A DNA stretch of 35,694 nucleotides from Macrostomum lignano (lineage: Eukaryota), in the NCBI GenBank assembly GCA_002269645.1, contig NIVC01004761.1, positions 1 through 35,694 on the forward strand, given 5' to 3'. The position numbers and the translations under genes are program-made. The first letter of the stretch is position 1; each line of letters begins with the position of its first letter. The notes beneath the pieces are model-generated. The model worked only from the letters and a program-made list of their open reading frames with translations. It was not told the origin of the DNA and did not search any database. Of the stretch, positions 11,101-21,499 are shown one piece after another.

Positions 11101-13369
11101 GCAGAATCCTCTGCAAACAGCGGCGCCGTGCGGTGATGCATCTGGCCGCTGATGATGAAGCTAGGACACCAGCCTGGCACCAACCGCAGTTTGGCACCCA
11201 GCGAGGTCAGGTGCAGCGCCGAGTTGTAGCTCCTGATGTTGGCCAGGAACGTGGCACTCAATCTGTGCCGCCCCATGTACAGATCCGCCAGCACTTGAGG
11301 CACGGTGCGGCTGGGCAGCTTTACCTTGCCTTTGGCGCAGCAGAAATTCCTGGTCTCTGCGCGCCAGAGTAGAGCACCGCATTCCTGGCATGCCCTGTCC
11401 ATTGGGCCGCACTCATGGGCCGTGGCCTCTGGCCTCGGCATTCTGTCAGGCCTGCGATCGAGTTATATGCATGCACAAATAGTTACTATAATATAGACTG
11501 CCGATATTTATGAAATGTAAAGTGTATTATGTAGTGCAATATAAAAAATTACTGTGACCAGTAGCACAAAAAAGCCTACCTATTTTGAGCAGATCCTGCA
11601 TCAGAATGACCTGCACCAAAATGACCTGACCCAGAAAGATCTGCCCCCTGCTCCGTTAAACTCGGCGCCTCTGTATCTGCAACGGGCTCGGAAACTGGCA
11701 GTGGATCAGTCACGCGCAACGACTCATAGTGCTCATGACGTAAAAGGATGCGCACAATTGCAGTGGGTGGCTGCACAGTGGACATGCAGTACTGCAATAC
11801 ACTGCCATTTGCCTGATAAATAACCAGGTCAACATTGAAAAAACGGCTTAAAAGTGGCACGACTTCATCAGGAACATAGGTGCCCTCAGAAAAAGAGTCG
11901 TTAATAATGGAATCAGCATTTTCCGGTAAAATAAAACCTTCGTCAATCAGTTCTGGCATTACCTGCACTGCACGGCATGTCAGTTCATGCCTTAAAGACG
12001 CTGCATTGGTCTCAAGCGGAGTGCCCTGCAACTGGTCACATACTGCATGAAAAAAGCAATTTCCATCACCCGGGATCCGAACAACAGTTAGCGTATTGAA
12101 TGGGACCACAGCTCGTGTGGCCAACTCACCGCTGCCAAACCTGAAAGATTGAAATTATACTTCTGACTCTGAAAAACTCATTAACAGTTAAGACATAAAA
12201 ACTTTGACTCATTCTTAAAAATACATATTCTTAGAAACTCATTATCTTCAGTACAAATTCTTAAAATATGATTCACAAATACTGTTTCTTAGAAACTAAT
12301 TCTCGAAAATACAGATTCTTAGACAGTCATTCTTACAAATTAAGATTCTTAGAAAAGTTTGTTGCAAATGTAGATTCTTATAAACATTCCTAAAAATACG
12401 GGTACTTAGAAACTTAATAGTCACAACTACAGATTCCTAGAAATAGAGTACAGAATTCTTAGAAACAGAAACCCTTTCTTACAAATACAGACTGTTAGAA
12501 ACATTCCTAGAGTAACAGATTCTTAAAAACGTTTCTTAAAAATACACATTCCTACAAATACAGATTCTTAGAAAACACTTTCTTAAAAATACAGATTCTT
12601 AGAAATGTTTTTTTAAATGCAGATTCCTAGAAACTCTTTTTATCCAATTCTGATTCCTAGAAACGTTTCTTAAAAATACACCCTCTTTTAAAAACTCATA
12701 TCTCTATAATAATTCAATAATTTTTCAAATTAAATTAAAATGGTCCTCTCACCTGTCAACCGACACTCCTCGACGGCGAATTTGGTCGGCTTCCATTCGA
12801 GCTCTTCGCTGAGCCTCAGTTTCTGTGGCCCTGCGCTCAATTGTGCGCCGCCGATCTGCAGCCAGGCGCTCTTCGCGCAGAGCGTCGGTCTCCCTGGCCC
12901 TACGCTCAGTCTCCTGCTGCCGGAGTGCAGCCAGGCGCTCTTCGCGCTGAGTGTCGGTCTCCCTGGCCCTACGCTCAGTCTCCTGCTGCCGGAGTGCAGC
13001 CAGGCGCTCTTCGCGCAGAGCGTCGGTCTCCCTGGCCCTACGCTCAGTCTCCTGCTGCCGGAGTGCAGCCAGGCGCTCTTCGCGCTGAGTGTCGGTCTCC
13101 CTGGCCCTACGCTCAGTCTCCTGCTGCCGGAGTGCAGCCAGGCGCTCTTCGCGCTGAGTGTCGGTCTCCCTGGCCCTACGCTCAGTCTCCTGCTGCCGGA
13201 GTGCAGCCAGGCGCTCTTCGCGCTGAGTGTCGGTCTCCCTGGCCCTACGCTCAGTCTCCTGCTGCCGGAGTGCAGCCAGGCGCTCTTCTCGTTGAACAGC
13301 GGTCTCTTGCTGACGCTTCTTCTTGGCGTCTCTGCTCTTTTTTAAAGCGCTGGTGCCACGTCGAGCCAT
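6496..13369 (-). CDS. Helitron RepHel transposase, 9 exons, about 1789 aa: 13369-12753, 12140-11580, 11451-10867, 10702-9933, 9780-9438, 9361-9052, 8948-7927, 7816-7420, 7260-6496
   Basis: Exon lengths sum to 5370 nt with all splice phases compatible. Junctions rebuild conserved motifs: HIR|RYNLPT, QKRG|LPHVH, DNR|WVVPY, AHST|FKIP. Rep motifs PDLFVTATCNPNW, PHVHFL and YVIKY; Pif1 motifs DAPAGTGKT, DEISM, GDFRQLLPV and TIHKSQGQS...HGQLYTALSR; ends RNVVYPEVL. Intron 5 has a GC donor and intron 8 ends in AC. Confidence 0.9.
9052..11451 (-). other. Zn-finger plus HUH Rep domain of RepHel
   Basis: CQECGALLW...CCAKGKV, FQQYLVDMCAKIE, VGGPRYL, EYQKRGLPHVH, HGPCG, YPLYRR and YVIKY. Confidence 0.92.
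11580..12140 (-). other. OTU-family cysteine protease domain (RepHel exon 2)
   Basis: IPGDGNCFFHAV (Asp/Cys) and LRHEHYESL (His); 561-nt exon with phase 2 at both ends. Confidence 0.88.
12170..12700. repeat. Degenerate ~20-22-bp tandem repeat (tacagattcttagaaa-like) filling RepHel intron 1
   Basis: gattcttagaaa / gattcctagaaa recur throughout the intron. Confidence 0.7.
12770..13310 (-). repeat. 69-bp coding repeat giving 7 plus 1 degenerate 23-aa units (ETDTQREERLAALRQQETERRAR), STPR-like
   Basis: Exact 23-residue period with an ET..QR..RL signature, as in the STPR DNA-binding repeats of Bombyx FMBP-1. The family assignment is recalled, not searched. Confidence 0.8.
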
Positions 13370-14004
13370 TTTAGAGTTTCGATTTGAAATAGGAATTAAA
13401 TTGAAGTTAGGAGTCAGAATGAAAATTAAGGAATAAAATAGGAAAGAGTTGAAAAATAATATAGGAATGGGAAAGAAAAGTAAAGATAGCGCGAGAGGTT
13501 GTGTGAATATAGACAAAGATAAGAAGACTACCAATACCTTTTAACTCAGCGCACCACCCACCCCAAAAGCTGTACATTGTTCAGTGTTCATATATATATG
13601 TACACTAAGCCTAAGATCTCCCTCCAGCACCCGCTGCTAATTGGCCAAGCCCATTAAAGCTAAAGTTATTTCTACAAAACTGCTAATAAATTGGTCAAAG
13701 TCAAGAATCGTTTAACCAATGCGATGTACAAGCATTGAAAAGTCGCCACTCTATGCGCCAGTGACTATTCTGAAATGAAAGTTAGGAGAAAACTGAGAGG
13801 TATCTTTAATCCGTCCAACCCTCAAACACCACTCCCCCCACTTCATTCTACCCAAGTCTGCCGCGTGGCGTATGCTGTTGCGTCACTCGCAAAATTGAGA
13901 AACCTTACCTGCACTCTCAAAAGTGGCGATCACAGACGGAAATTTCAGCTCTAGGCTAGCTCTCATCGAAGTTATAATGAATTTCTAGCACTTATATAAT
14001 TGTT

Positions 14005-15118
14005 TACATGACGCTTCTATGATTTTTTACATGACGCTTCTATGATTGTTTACATGACGCTTCTATGATTGTTTACATGACGCTTCTATGATTCTTTACG
14101 TGACGCTTCTATGATTTTCACATGACGCTTCTATGATTGTTTACATGACGCTTCCATGATTTTTTAAATGACGCATCTATGATTTTTATATGACGCTTCT
14201 ATGATTTTTTTAAATGACGCTTCTATGATTGTTTACATGATGCTTCTATGATTTTTTAAATGACGCATCTATGATTTTTATATGATGCTTCTATGATTGT
14301 TTACATGACGCTCCTATGATTTTTTACATGATTCTTTTATGATCGTTTACATGACGCTTCTATGATTTTTAAATGATGCTTCTATGATTTTTAAATGACG
14401 CTTCTACGATTTTTTACATGACGCTTCTATGATTGTTTACATGACGCTCCTATGATTTTTTACATGACGCTTCTATGATTGTTTACATGACGCTTCTATG
14501 ATTGTTTACATGACGCTTCTATGATTCTTTACGTGACGCTTCTATGATTTTCACATGACGCTTCCCTATGATTGTCTACATGACGCTTCCATGATTTTTT
14601 AAATGACGCATCTATGATTTTTATATGACGCTTCTATGATTTTTTTAAATGACGCTTCTATGATTGTTTACATGATGCTTCTATGATTTTTTAAATGACG
14701 CATCTATGATTTTTATATGATGCTTCTATGATTGTTTACATGACGCTCCTATGATTTTTTACATGATTCTTTTATGATCGTTTACATGACGCTTCTATGA
14801 TTTTTAAATGATGCTTCTATGATTTTTAAATGACGCTTCTACGATTTTTTACATGACGCTTCTATAATTGTTTACATGACGCTCCTATGATTTTTTACAT
14901 GACGCTTCTATGATTGTTTACATGACGCTTCTATGATTGTTTACATGACGCTTCTATGATTCTTTACGTGACGCTTCTATGATTTTCACATGACGCTTCC
15001 CTATGATTGTCTACATGACGCTTCCATGATTTTTTAAATGACGCATCTATGATTTTTATATGACGCTTCTATGATTTTTTTAAATGACGCTTCTATGATT
15101 CATTACATGACGCTTCTT
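14005..15118. repeat. Satellite S2 array A, ~19-21-bp unit catgacgcttctatgatt(g)tttta, with a ~434-bp higher-order repeat
   Basis: The marker variant attctttacgtgacgc recurs at 14091, 14524 and 14959. Confidence 0.95.
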
Positions 15119-15180
15119 TTTAAAAAGTCTTTTAGTTTTCCTGACGTTGAAAAGCTTTAATTAAAAAAATTATACTCTAT

Positions 15181-15247
15181 GAAAATTCGAACCATCCTCG
15201 CTGCATTTAGCAGTTCAGTCTGTTCACCTCTAGGCTAGCTCTCATCG
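15181..15247 (-). promoter_or_regulatory. tRNA-like A-box/B-box (Pol III internal promoter-like) motif T
   Basis: Minus strand reads gagcTAGCCTAGAGGtgaacagactgaactgctaa...gatGGTTCGAAtttt. Related copies at 30531 and 33871, and a half copy at ~13945-13972. Confidence 0.5.
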
Positions 15248-15389
15248 TTTTGATAACATCAAATTTTGCACTTATATAATTCAACAGTTTAAAATCCAAG
15301 CATAGAGTAAATCACACGAAGCAGTTATGACATAATCAGTTTCTCAGTCAGTCAGTATCAGTTAACAATATGCATGGTTACGCAATTTA

Positions 15390-15696
15390 AATCAAGTCTG
15401 GTGCTACGCTTCCACACTGCATTTTCAATTCAAGTCGGAGTTACAATTCAGTTATGATGCAATCTATTTCAGAATCAGAATTCAACCAGTCAGTTTTTTC
15501 TCTAGCATTCTTACAATGCATCTCAAGTCGAAAAGTTTGCTTGACCTTTGCAAAAAGCATGTTTTTCGAATATTTAATGCCTTTAGCATCGAGCAATTTC
15601 TTAGCCACGATGCATGTACAGTCACAGGAAAATTTCTGATCGAACAGTGCAAGTTTGAACAAAATCGGTCCAGCCATTTTTTATCTAATCGATCAC

Positions 15697-15733
<37 letters not shown>

Positions 15734-15762
15734 CACAGACAGACCATTTTTAGTATATTGGA
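15390..15762 (-). repeat. Helitron 5'-terminal conserved core with (ATAG)9 microsatellite at 15697-15732
   Basis: aaaatcggtccagcc core and tttttagtatattgga end; closely matches ~30720-31102. Confidence 0.8.
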
Positions 15763-16264
15763 CTAGCCATTTAGCCCCCCGCTGGGGAGCCTTGAAAATG
15801 ACACCAATTGGTTTTTATTTTGGCACAAGAGCAACCTTACTATAATAATTTTTCAAAATGTTGATTTCCATTAATCAAAAGTTACCTTTTCTCGTTTTGG
15901 CAAAAATAAATTGCCATGAATCCGAACTTTCATCAGCCCAAAACCCTTTCTCAATCAGCAAATAGTGCTTTTCCTTTCAAGCACAAACTCTGTGAATATC
16001 GTCACTGGCCGGGGCATATTCTGATTCGCAGCAGGAGCTCAATATGCAAATCTCTGACGGCATTCGACCCTCTCTCTTTATTAGCCTAAATCAAAGAATC
16101 AAACCTTTAATAAATGCGCTGCTGGTATTTCCTATTAGCAGAAATCAGCATCACTTGTGTGTACTACTTCATTATCTGAACTACATGAGCTACTTTAGCC
16201 GTACTACCTGACTATCTGACAATCGCCCAACAACCTAACACACCCAAACAATTCAGCCATCGTC

Positions 16265-16830
16265 CATGAGCCTTGACATCTCAGCAATTCCCCCAGTAAG
16301 CCTTGACACCTCAGCATTCCCCAAGTAAGCATTGAGATCTCAGAAGTTCCCCCAGTAAGCCTTGAGATCTCCGAAGTTCCCCCAGTAAGCCTTGGGATTT
16401 CAGTAATCCCCCAGTTAGCCTTAACATCTTAGCATTCCCCCAGTAAGCTCAGCCTTACATCTCAGCAATTCCCCCAGCAAGCCTTGACATCTCAGTAATT
16501 CTCCCAGTAAGCCTTGACATCTCAGTAATTCTCCCAGTAAGCCTTGACATCACAGCATTCCCCCAGTAAGCCTTAACATCCCAGCATTCCCCCAGTAAGC
16601 CTTGATCTCAGCAATAACCATAGTAAGCCTTCACATCTTTGCAATGCTCCCAATAAGCTATGAAATCTCAGCATTCTCCCAGCGCAGTAAGCTTTGACAT
16701 CCCAACAACCCAACTGCCCTCTCCCAAGAATTCAGCAGTCCTCTTATGAGCCTTGATAACTCAGCAATTTCTTTGTGAGCCTTGTCAACTCAGCAATTCC
16801 CCCATGAGCTTTGATATCTTAGCAAGTCTT
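16265..16830. repeat. Satellite S3, ~29-31-bp unit gccttgacatctcagcaattcccccagtaa, decaying towards ~17200
   Basis: Visible tandem repeat; the same family occurs at 32070, 32955 and 35445. Confidence 0.85.
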
Positions 16831-17420
16831 TAATTGATGGTTGACAGCGGTTAATCTTTGATTGAACCGAAACTCACCTAAGCCCCTAACCCTAAACCAT
16901 AAGTGAGTCTTGGCATGTTAGCAACTTCGACCATGAGCCTTGAGCCTCAGCATTACGCGCTCGTAAAGTAACTTCCTCATAAGCTTTGTAGTTAAGTAGT
17001 TTAAGTAGCTCAAGTAGCTTAAGTAGTTATCTCTACGAGCGTATAGGCCTTGACAGCAAAGCATTTTTAATGAGCCTTGATACCCCAGCAATTTCACAAA
17101 TGAACTTTGAAATCAAAGCAATTCTCCCCAGAATGACATAATTATAGCAATTCCCCTTGAGTCTTGAGATCTTATAAATTCTCCCATGAGTCTTGATATC
17201 ACAGCAATTTCCTATACCAGCATTGTGCTCGTAGCAATAGTCTTAGCAGTCTTAACAGTCTTCATAATTCCCAATGAGATTTTTACATTCGACAGAGCGC
17301 TTCTTTTATGATTGACATGATGATTCTTGTTTGCTTTTTCTTGCGTTGCGTTTTATTCTCTTTAGAAGAAGTTTTATTAAAATATTACAATATTTCTCCA
17401 TAGCTTTCTGCAGTTTAGCA

Positions 17421-17618
17421 TATAGCACTATGTGTTTTAATATAACACTACAACACTACAACACTAAGTATGCTTCTATTGTCTATGGCAGTTGTTAATA
17501 ATCAAATACAGTTCGACAGCGCGAAGCTAAGAAGCCAGGGCGGCATTTCCTATCGCTAGCTTCACACTTTTGTTCCACTGCAATTATCTGCTTTTTCATA
17601 GTTGTAGCACCCGCTACA
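17421..17618 (+). repeat. 5' LTR
   Basis: tatagc...gctaca; direct repeat of 19166-19363. Confidence 0.95.
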
Positions 17619-17641
17619 AAGTGGTAGCAGAGCGTGGTTAC

Positions 17642-19037
17642 AGACAGCAGCGCCAGATGTCAGCAATCTCAGAGATTGTCACAGATGTGGTTCACATCGC
17701 CGGTAAAGACAACGTCGTTGCTGATGCGCTGTCCCGTCCCTCGAAAGACGCTGTCAACATCGCAACATCAGAAGTTCTGGTCGCGGCCGCTCATGAGATA
17801 GCCCCAACGGACGAAGAGACTCAAATGTTGCCCAGTTTTGACCTGCCCGCAATTGCACGCGCTCAACAGCTGGATTCAACGTTGCCATCGCAATCCAGCA
17901 CTTTCAAGTTGTTCGACATCGGACTGACTGACTGTAAACTGCTCTGCGAAACGTCATACCCCAATCCGCGACCAGTCGTTCCACCAGACTTGCGAAAACA
18001 CATCTTCACATCGATTCATTCATTGGCCCATCCTGGTGTCAAGGCGAGCTGTCGATTGATACTTCTGGCCGGAGATCTCTCGCGATGTGCGCCGTTGGAC
18101 GGAGGAATGCCTACAATGCCAAGCCAACAAAGTAACTCAGCATGTACACCGACCATTACACCAGTTACCGACTCCCTCTCAGCGATTCGCGACGGTACAC
18201 ATGGATATTGTCGGACCACTAACACCACCAGAGGCTAACGGTCAACTACAGCCACGTTATCTACTGACAGTCATCGACGCCTACACCCGATGGTTGGAGG
18301 CCATTCCGCTGATAGACATCTCTGCCGCATCTGTAGCTCAAGGATTCCTCAGCGCCTGGGTGTCACGCTTTGGCCCACCCCTGACGCTCATTACGGACCA
18401 GGGTGCCCAATTCCGTGCAGAGCTCATGGAAGAGTTTACTAAGCTGTTCGGCATCCATCACATAAGAACCTCAGCGTATAACCCCCGAGCCAATGGTCTA
18501 GTGGAGCGAGCACATCGCTCTCTGAAGGCTGCTCTTCGTGCGCGAGGTCGCTGTTGGTTACAACAACTGCCGATTGTCCTACTCGGCCTACGAATTCAAC
18601 CTGATGATGCCGGCCACTGCCCATTCTCCGGTGTAACAGGCGAGCAACCGATCGTACCACCGGTAGTCACAGAGGATGCCAGCCTGAGCCAACTATCCAA
18701 TCGTCTTCACAATCTGTTCTACCCCTACCGTCTGCCACGCACGCGCGCAACACCGGTGCACCTTCCGGACAACCTACAGAGCTGCAGCCACGTCTGGCTC
18801 CGGCTCGACCGTGTCCGTAAGCCGTTGGAAGCACCTTACCAAGGTCCATTTCCTGTTCTGCACCGTTCACCGCTCACCTTTACACTCGACATCCGCGGGA
18901 CACCTACGAGCGTTGCAATCGACCGCGTTAAACCAGCACGGTTGCCCACTCCCCAGCGCGATGAGCCTACCAAGACCTCCGATACGGATGAGCCCATCCG
19001 AGCAAGGTTGAGACCCCGCCGTGTCACTTTTGCGTGA
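17642..19037 (+). pseudogene. Gypsy pol remnant: RNase H C-terminal stub plus integrase (HHCC, DDE), frameshift near 18060
   Basis: HIAGKDNVVADALSR, HSLAHPGVK...CLQC, HMDIVGPL, ITDQGAQF, NGLVERAHRSLK and LEAPYQGPF. Confidence 0.9.
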
Positions 19038-19165
19038 ACTTTGTGTGGTTTGTGCCCCTATGGACACTAAGAACATGTTCTTGTTTGTGCATGATGCTGT
19101 TTTCATGATGTTACTGTACCGAACCGATGCACATATAGTTATCTTCCTTTTGGGAGGGGGGTACT

Positions 19166-19363
19166 TATAGCACTATGTGTTTTAATATAACACTACAACA
19201 CTACAACACTAAGTATGCTTCTATTGTCTATGGCAGTTGTTAATAATCAAATACAGTTCGACAGCACGAAGCTAAGAAGCCAGGGCGGCATTTCCTATCG
19301 CTAGCTTCACACTTTTGTTCCACTGCAATTATCTGCTTTTTCATAGTTGTAGCACCCGCTACA
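19166..19363 (+). repeat. 3' LTR
   Basis: Follows the PPT and precedes the AGCA TSD. Confidence 0.95.
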
Positions 19364-19366
19364 AGC

Positions 19367-19625
19367 AACGGTTCACCAGCATTTCAGGAATGGTTCACCA
19401 GCATTTTAGCAATGGTTCACCAGCATTTCAGGAATGGTTCACCAGCATTTCAGGAATGGTTTACCAGTATTTCAGGAATGGTTCACCAGCATTTCAGCAA
19501 TGGTTCACCAGCATTTCAGGAATGGTTCACCAGTATTTCAGGAATGGTTCACCAGCATTTCAGCAATGGTTCACCAGCATTTCAGCAATGGTTCACCAGC
19601 ATTTCAGCAATGGTTCACCAGCAGT
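19367..19625. repeat. Satellite S5, 22-bp unit caggaatggttcaccagcattt, about 12 copies; a shorter array at ~19862-19925
   Basis: Visible tandem repeat inside a local duplication (17346-19779 vs 19786-20074). Confidence 0.9.
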
Positions 19626-20550
19626 TTAGCAATGACTCACCAACTTGAAGTTTGAAGTTAACCCCCCCCACCCAGAAATCGGTAGTTATCTCCACAACAA
19701 CCTGAAATTAGCTATCCCTTCTAATCCCGCAAACAGACTGCAGACATATTCTTAGCAGCCTGCAGTCTTCCAGTTTGCCTTCCAGTTGCGTTTTATTCTC
19801 TTTAAAAGAAGTTTTTATTAAAATATTACAATATTTCACCATAGCTTTCTGCAGTTTAGCAACGGTTCACCAGCATTTCAGGAATGGTTTACCAGTATTT
19901 CAGGAATGGGTTCACCAGCAGTTTAGTAATGGCTCACCAACTTGAAGTTTGAAGTTAACCCCCCCCCCAGAAATCGGCAGTTATCTCCACAACAACCTGA
20001 AATTAGCTATCCCTTCTAATCCCGCAAACAGACTGCAGTCATATTCTTAGCAGCCTGCAGTCTTCCAGTTTGCCGTCTACAACTTTCATTAGCATCAGCA
20101 AAACTACAATAATTAACTCAGCAATCCGCAGTTATCCCCTCAACAACTTGCACTTAATTCTTCACAGTTATTATTCACTTAAAACTCTGTAGATAGTTAT
20201 CTCCTTGGCAGTTTGCAGCTATACACTCATAAGTGTGGAGGAACTACCTCAGCAATTTTTTTCAATTTTTCCCTTTGCACTCTGCATGAATGATCCCTTC
20301 GACAATCTGCAGTTCCCCTCAGCATCTGCAGTTCTCCTCTCCAATATCTTCCAATAATCTAAAAATGTGCTCAGCATTTTACGGCTCACTAATCAATTTT
20401 CAATTTGATAAGTGGCTTGGGCCAAGTAGCAAAAATTATTTGCTAAATAATAAATAATTTTGCAATTAAAATTAATAAAAAATATGTTATATTTAGTCGA
20501 GTCACAAGCTACAAATGAATGAATCTATTTATTTTAATTATTCACCGGGG

Positions 20551-20624
20551 AGGCGGACTCGAACCTTGGACCTTACGCCTAGCCTAAACCTAGTCCTAGT
20601 GCCTACACTGCGGCTATTCCGCCT
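20551..20624 (-). promoter_or_regulatory. Second tRNA-like A/B-box remnant
   Basis: Minus strand reads ggcggaaTAGCCGCAGTG...ccaaGGTTCGAGTCCgcct; it does not fold into a full cloverleaf. Confidence 0.35.
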
Positions 20625-21499
20625 ACTGATGGAAGGGTGCAAAAATCAGACATATATGCTTCGGCACTGCAGTCAAATACATACCAGTGATAGCCTGCAT
20701 GCTCAGTGTGCACAGTTTTGGTGCTGGCAGAGCCATTGCACAGTTAAGTAAATCTCTCAATTTCAATACTTTTTAAATGCACTGGCTGATTTCTCTCTCC
20801 TTCCAGAGTGCCTGCGCAATCCTTTGCACACTGCCTCCTGCTGAAAAGCTCAGAGTCAGTTTATAGCGAGACTATGCAGTACGCAGTTGTGGCGCAATCA
20901 TTTAGAATTGAAATTCAGCCAGTCAATAATTCAACGTTGCTTGGCCTTCCATTAAAAAACATTTAGAAAAACTTGTTTTTCGAATATTTAATACCTTTAG
21001 CATTGAAGCAGATTAAAGAAAATTTAACTGTCTTCTTTCCAGATTACAAATCTTTTGGCGAAAACGCGATCAAATTTGGTCAAGAATTGCAGTCTGTAAA
21101 GCGTTTTACACGGACATAAATTAGAGATTTAGAATATGCCCAGTATTCAGAGCAATTTTTTTACCCCTGGTATGGTTGCGCAATTTAAATAGAGTAATTA
21201 TCTGGGCAGTGGGGCCCAGTGAGTTTTCTTATCAGTTGGCTCTGGCGCAATCATTAAAATTGGCTGCGAAGTTTCTCGCTGATAAAATTTTGCATTGAAA
21301 AAGGCCATTTAAAACAGTTTTTCGAATATTTAATCCCTTTAGCATTGAAGCAGAGTAAAGAAATTTTAACTGTCTTCTTTCCAGACAATTTTAAATCTTT
21401 TGGCGAAAACACGATGAAAATCGGTGAAGAATTGCAATCTCTAGAGCGTTATGGACATTCAAGCATACAAACAAACCTTAGAGATTTAGTATATTTAGA

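Larger units (their letters stand above)
1..15762 (-). mobile_element. Helitron unit 1, autonomous type; 3' end lies left of the window
   Basis: The minus-strand 5' terminus TCCAATATACTAAAAA starts at 15762, about 2.4 kb upstream of a RepHel gene on the same strand. Positions 1-~4920 are colinear with 24727-29566 of unit 5 apart from the different LINE insertions. Confidence 0.85.
17421..19363 (+). mobile_element. Ty3/Gypsy LTR retrotransposon, internally deleted (LTR-PBS-integrase-PPT-LTR), 4-bp TSD AGCA
   Basis: 198-bp LTRs at 17421-17618 and 19166-19363 with 1 mismatch seen. PBS tggtagcagagcgtggtt at 17622-17639 matches the tRNA-iMet type. PPT gggagggggg at 19152-19161. AGCA on both sides, and an empty-site paralog at 19858-19861. 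Confidence 0.95.
15763..21499 (-). mobile_element. Helitron unit 2, non-autonomous, carries the LTR insertion
   Basis: 3' end is a hairpin at 15774-15790 followed by CTAG at 15766-15763. The 5' end TCTAAATATACTAAATC starts at 21499. Confidence 0.7.

Noticed and set aside
12740-13374. + strand repetitive ORFs (12740-13345, 12841-13374)
   Set aside because: They are antisense shadows of the 69-bp coding repeat in RepHel exon 1.
15390-15790. Reading the tagtatat plus hairpin ends as + strand Helentron/DINE-1-type termini
   Set aside because: On the minus strand they resolve exactly into hairpin-CTAG|TC, matching the RepHel orientation, and RepHel lacks the Helentron endonuclease.
16040-16056. 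Octamer ATGCAAAT as an snRNA-type enhancer
   Set aside because: It is a single 8-mer with no adjacent recognisable snRNA gene, which is expected by chance in AT-rich DNA.
19315-19655. ORFs with repeated MVHQHF / QEWFTS
   Set aside because: They are frames of the 22-bp S5 satellite read from the 3' LTR.
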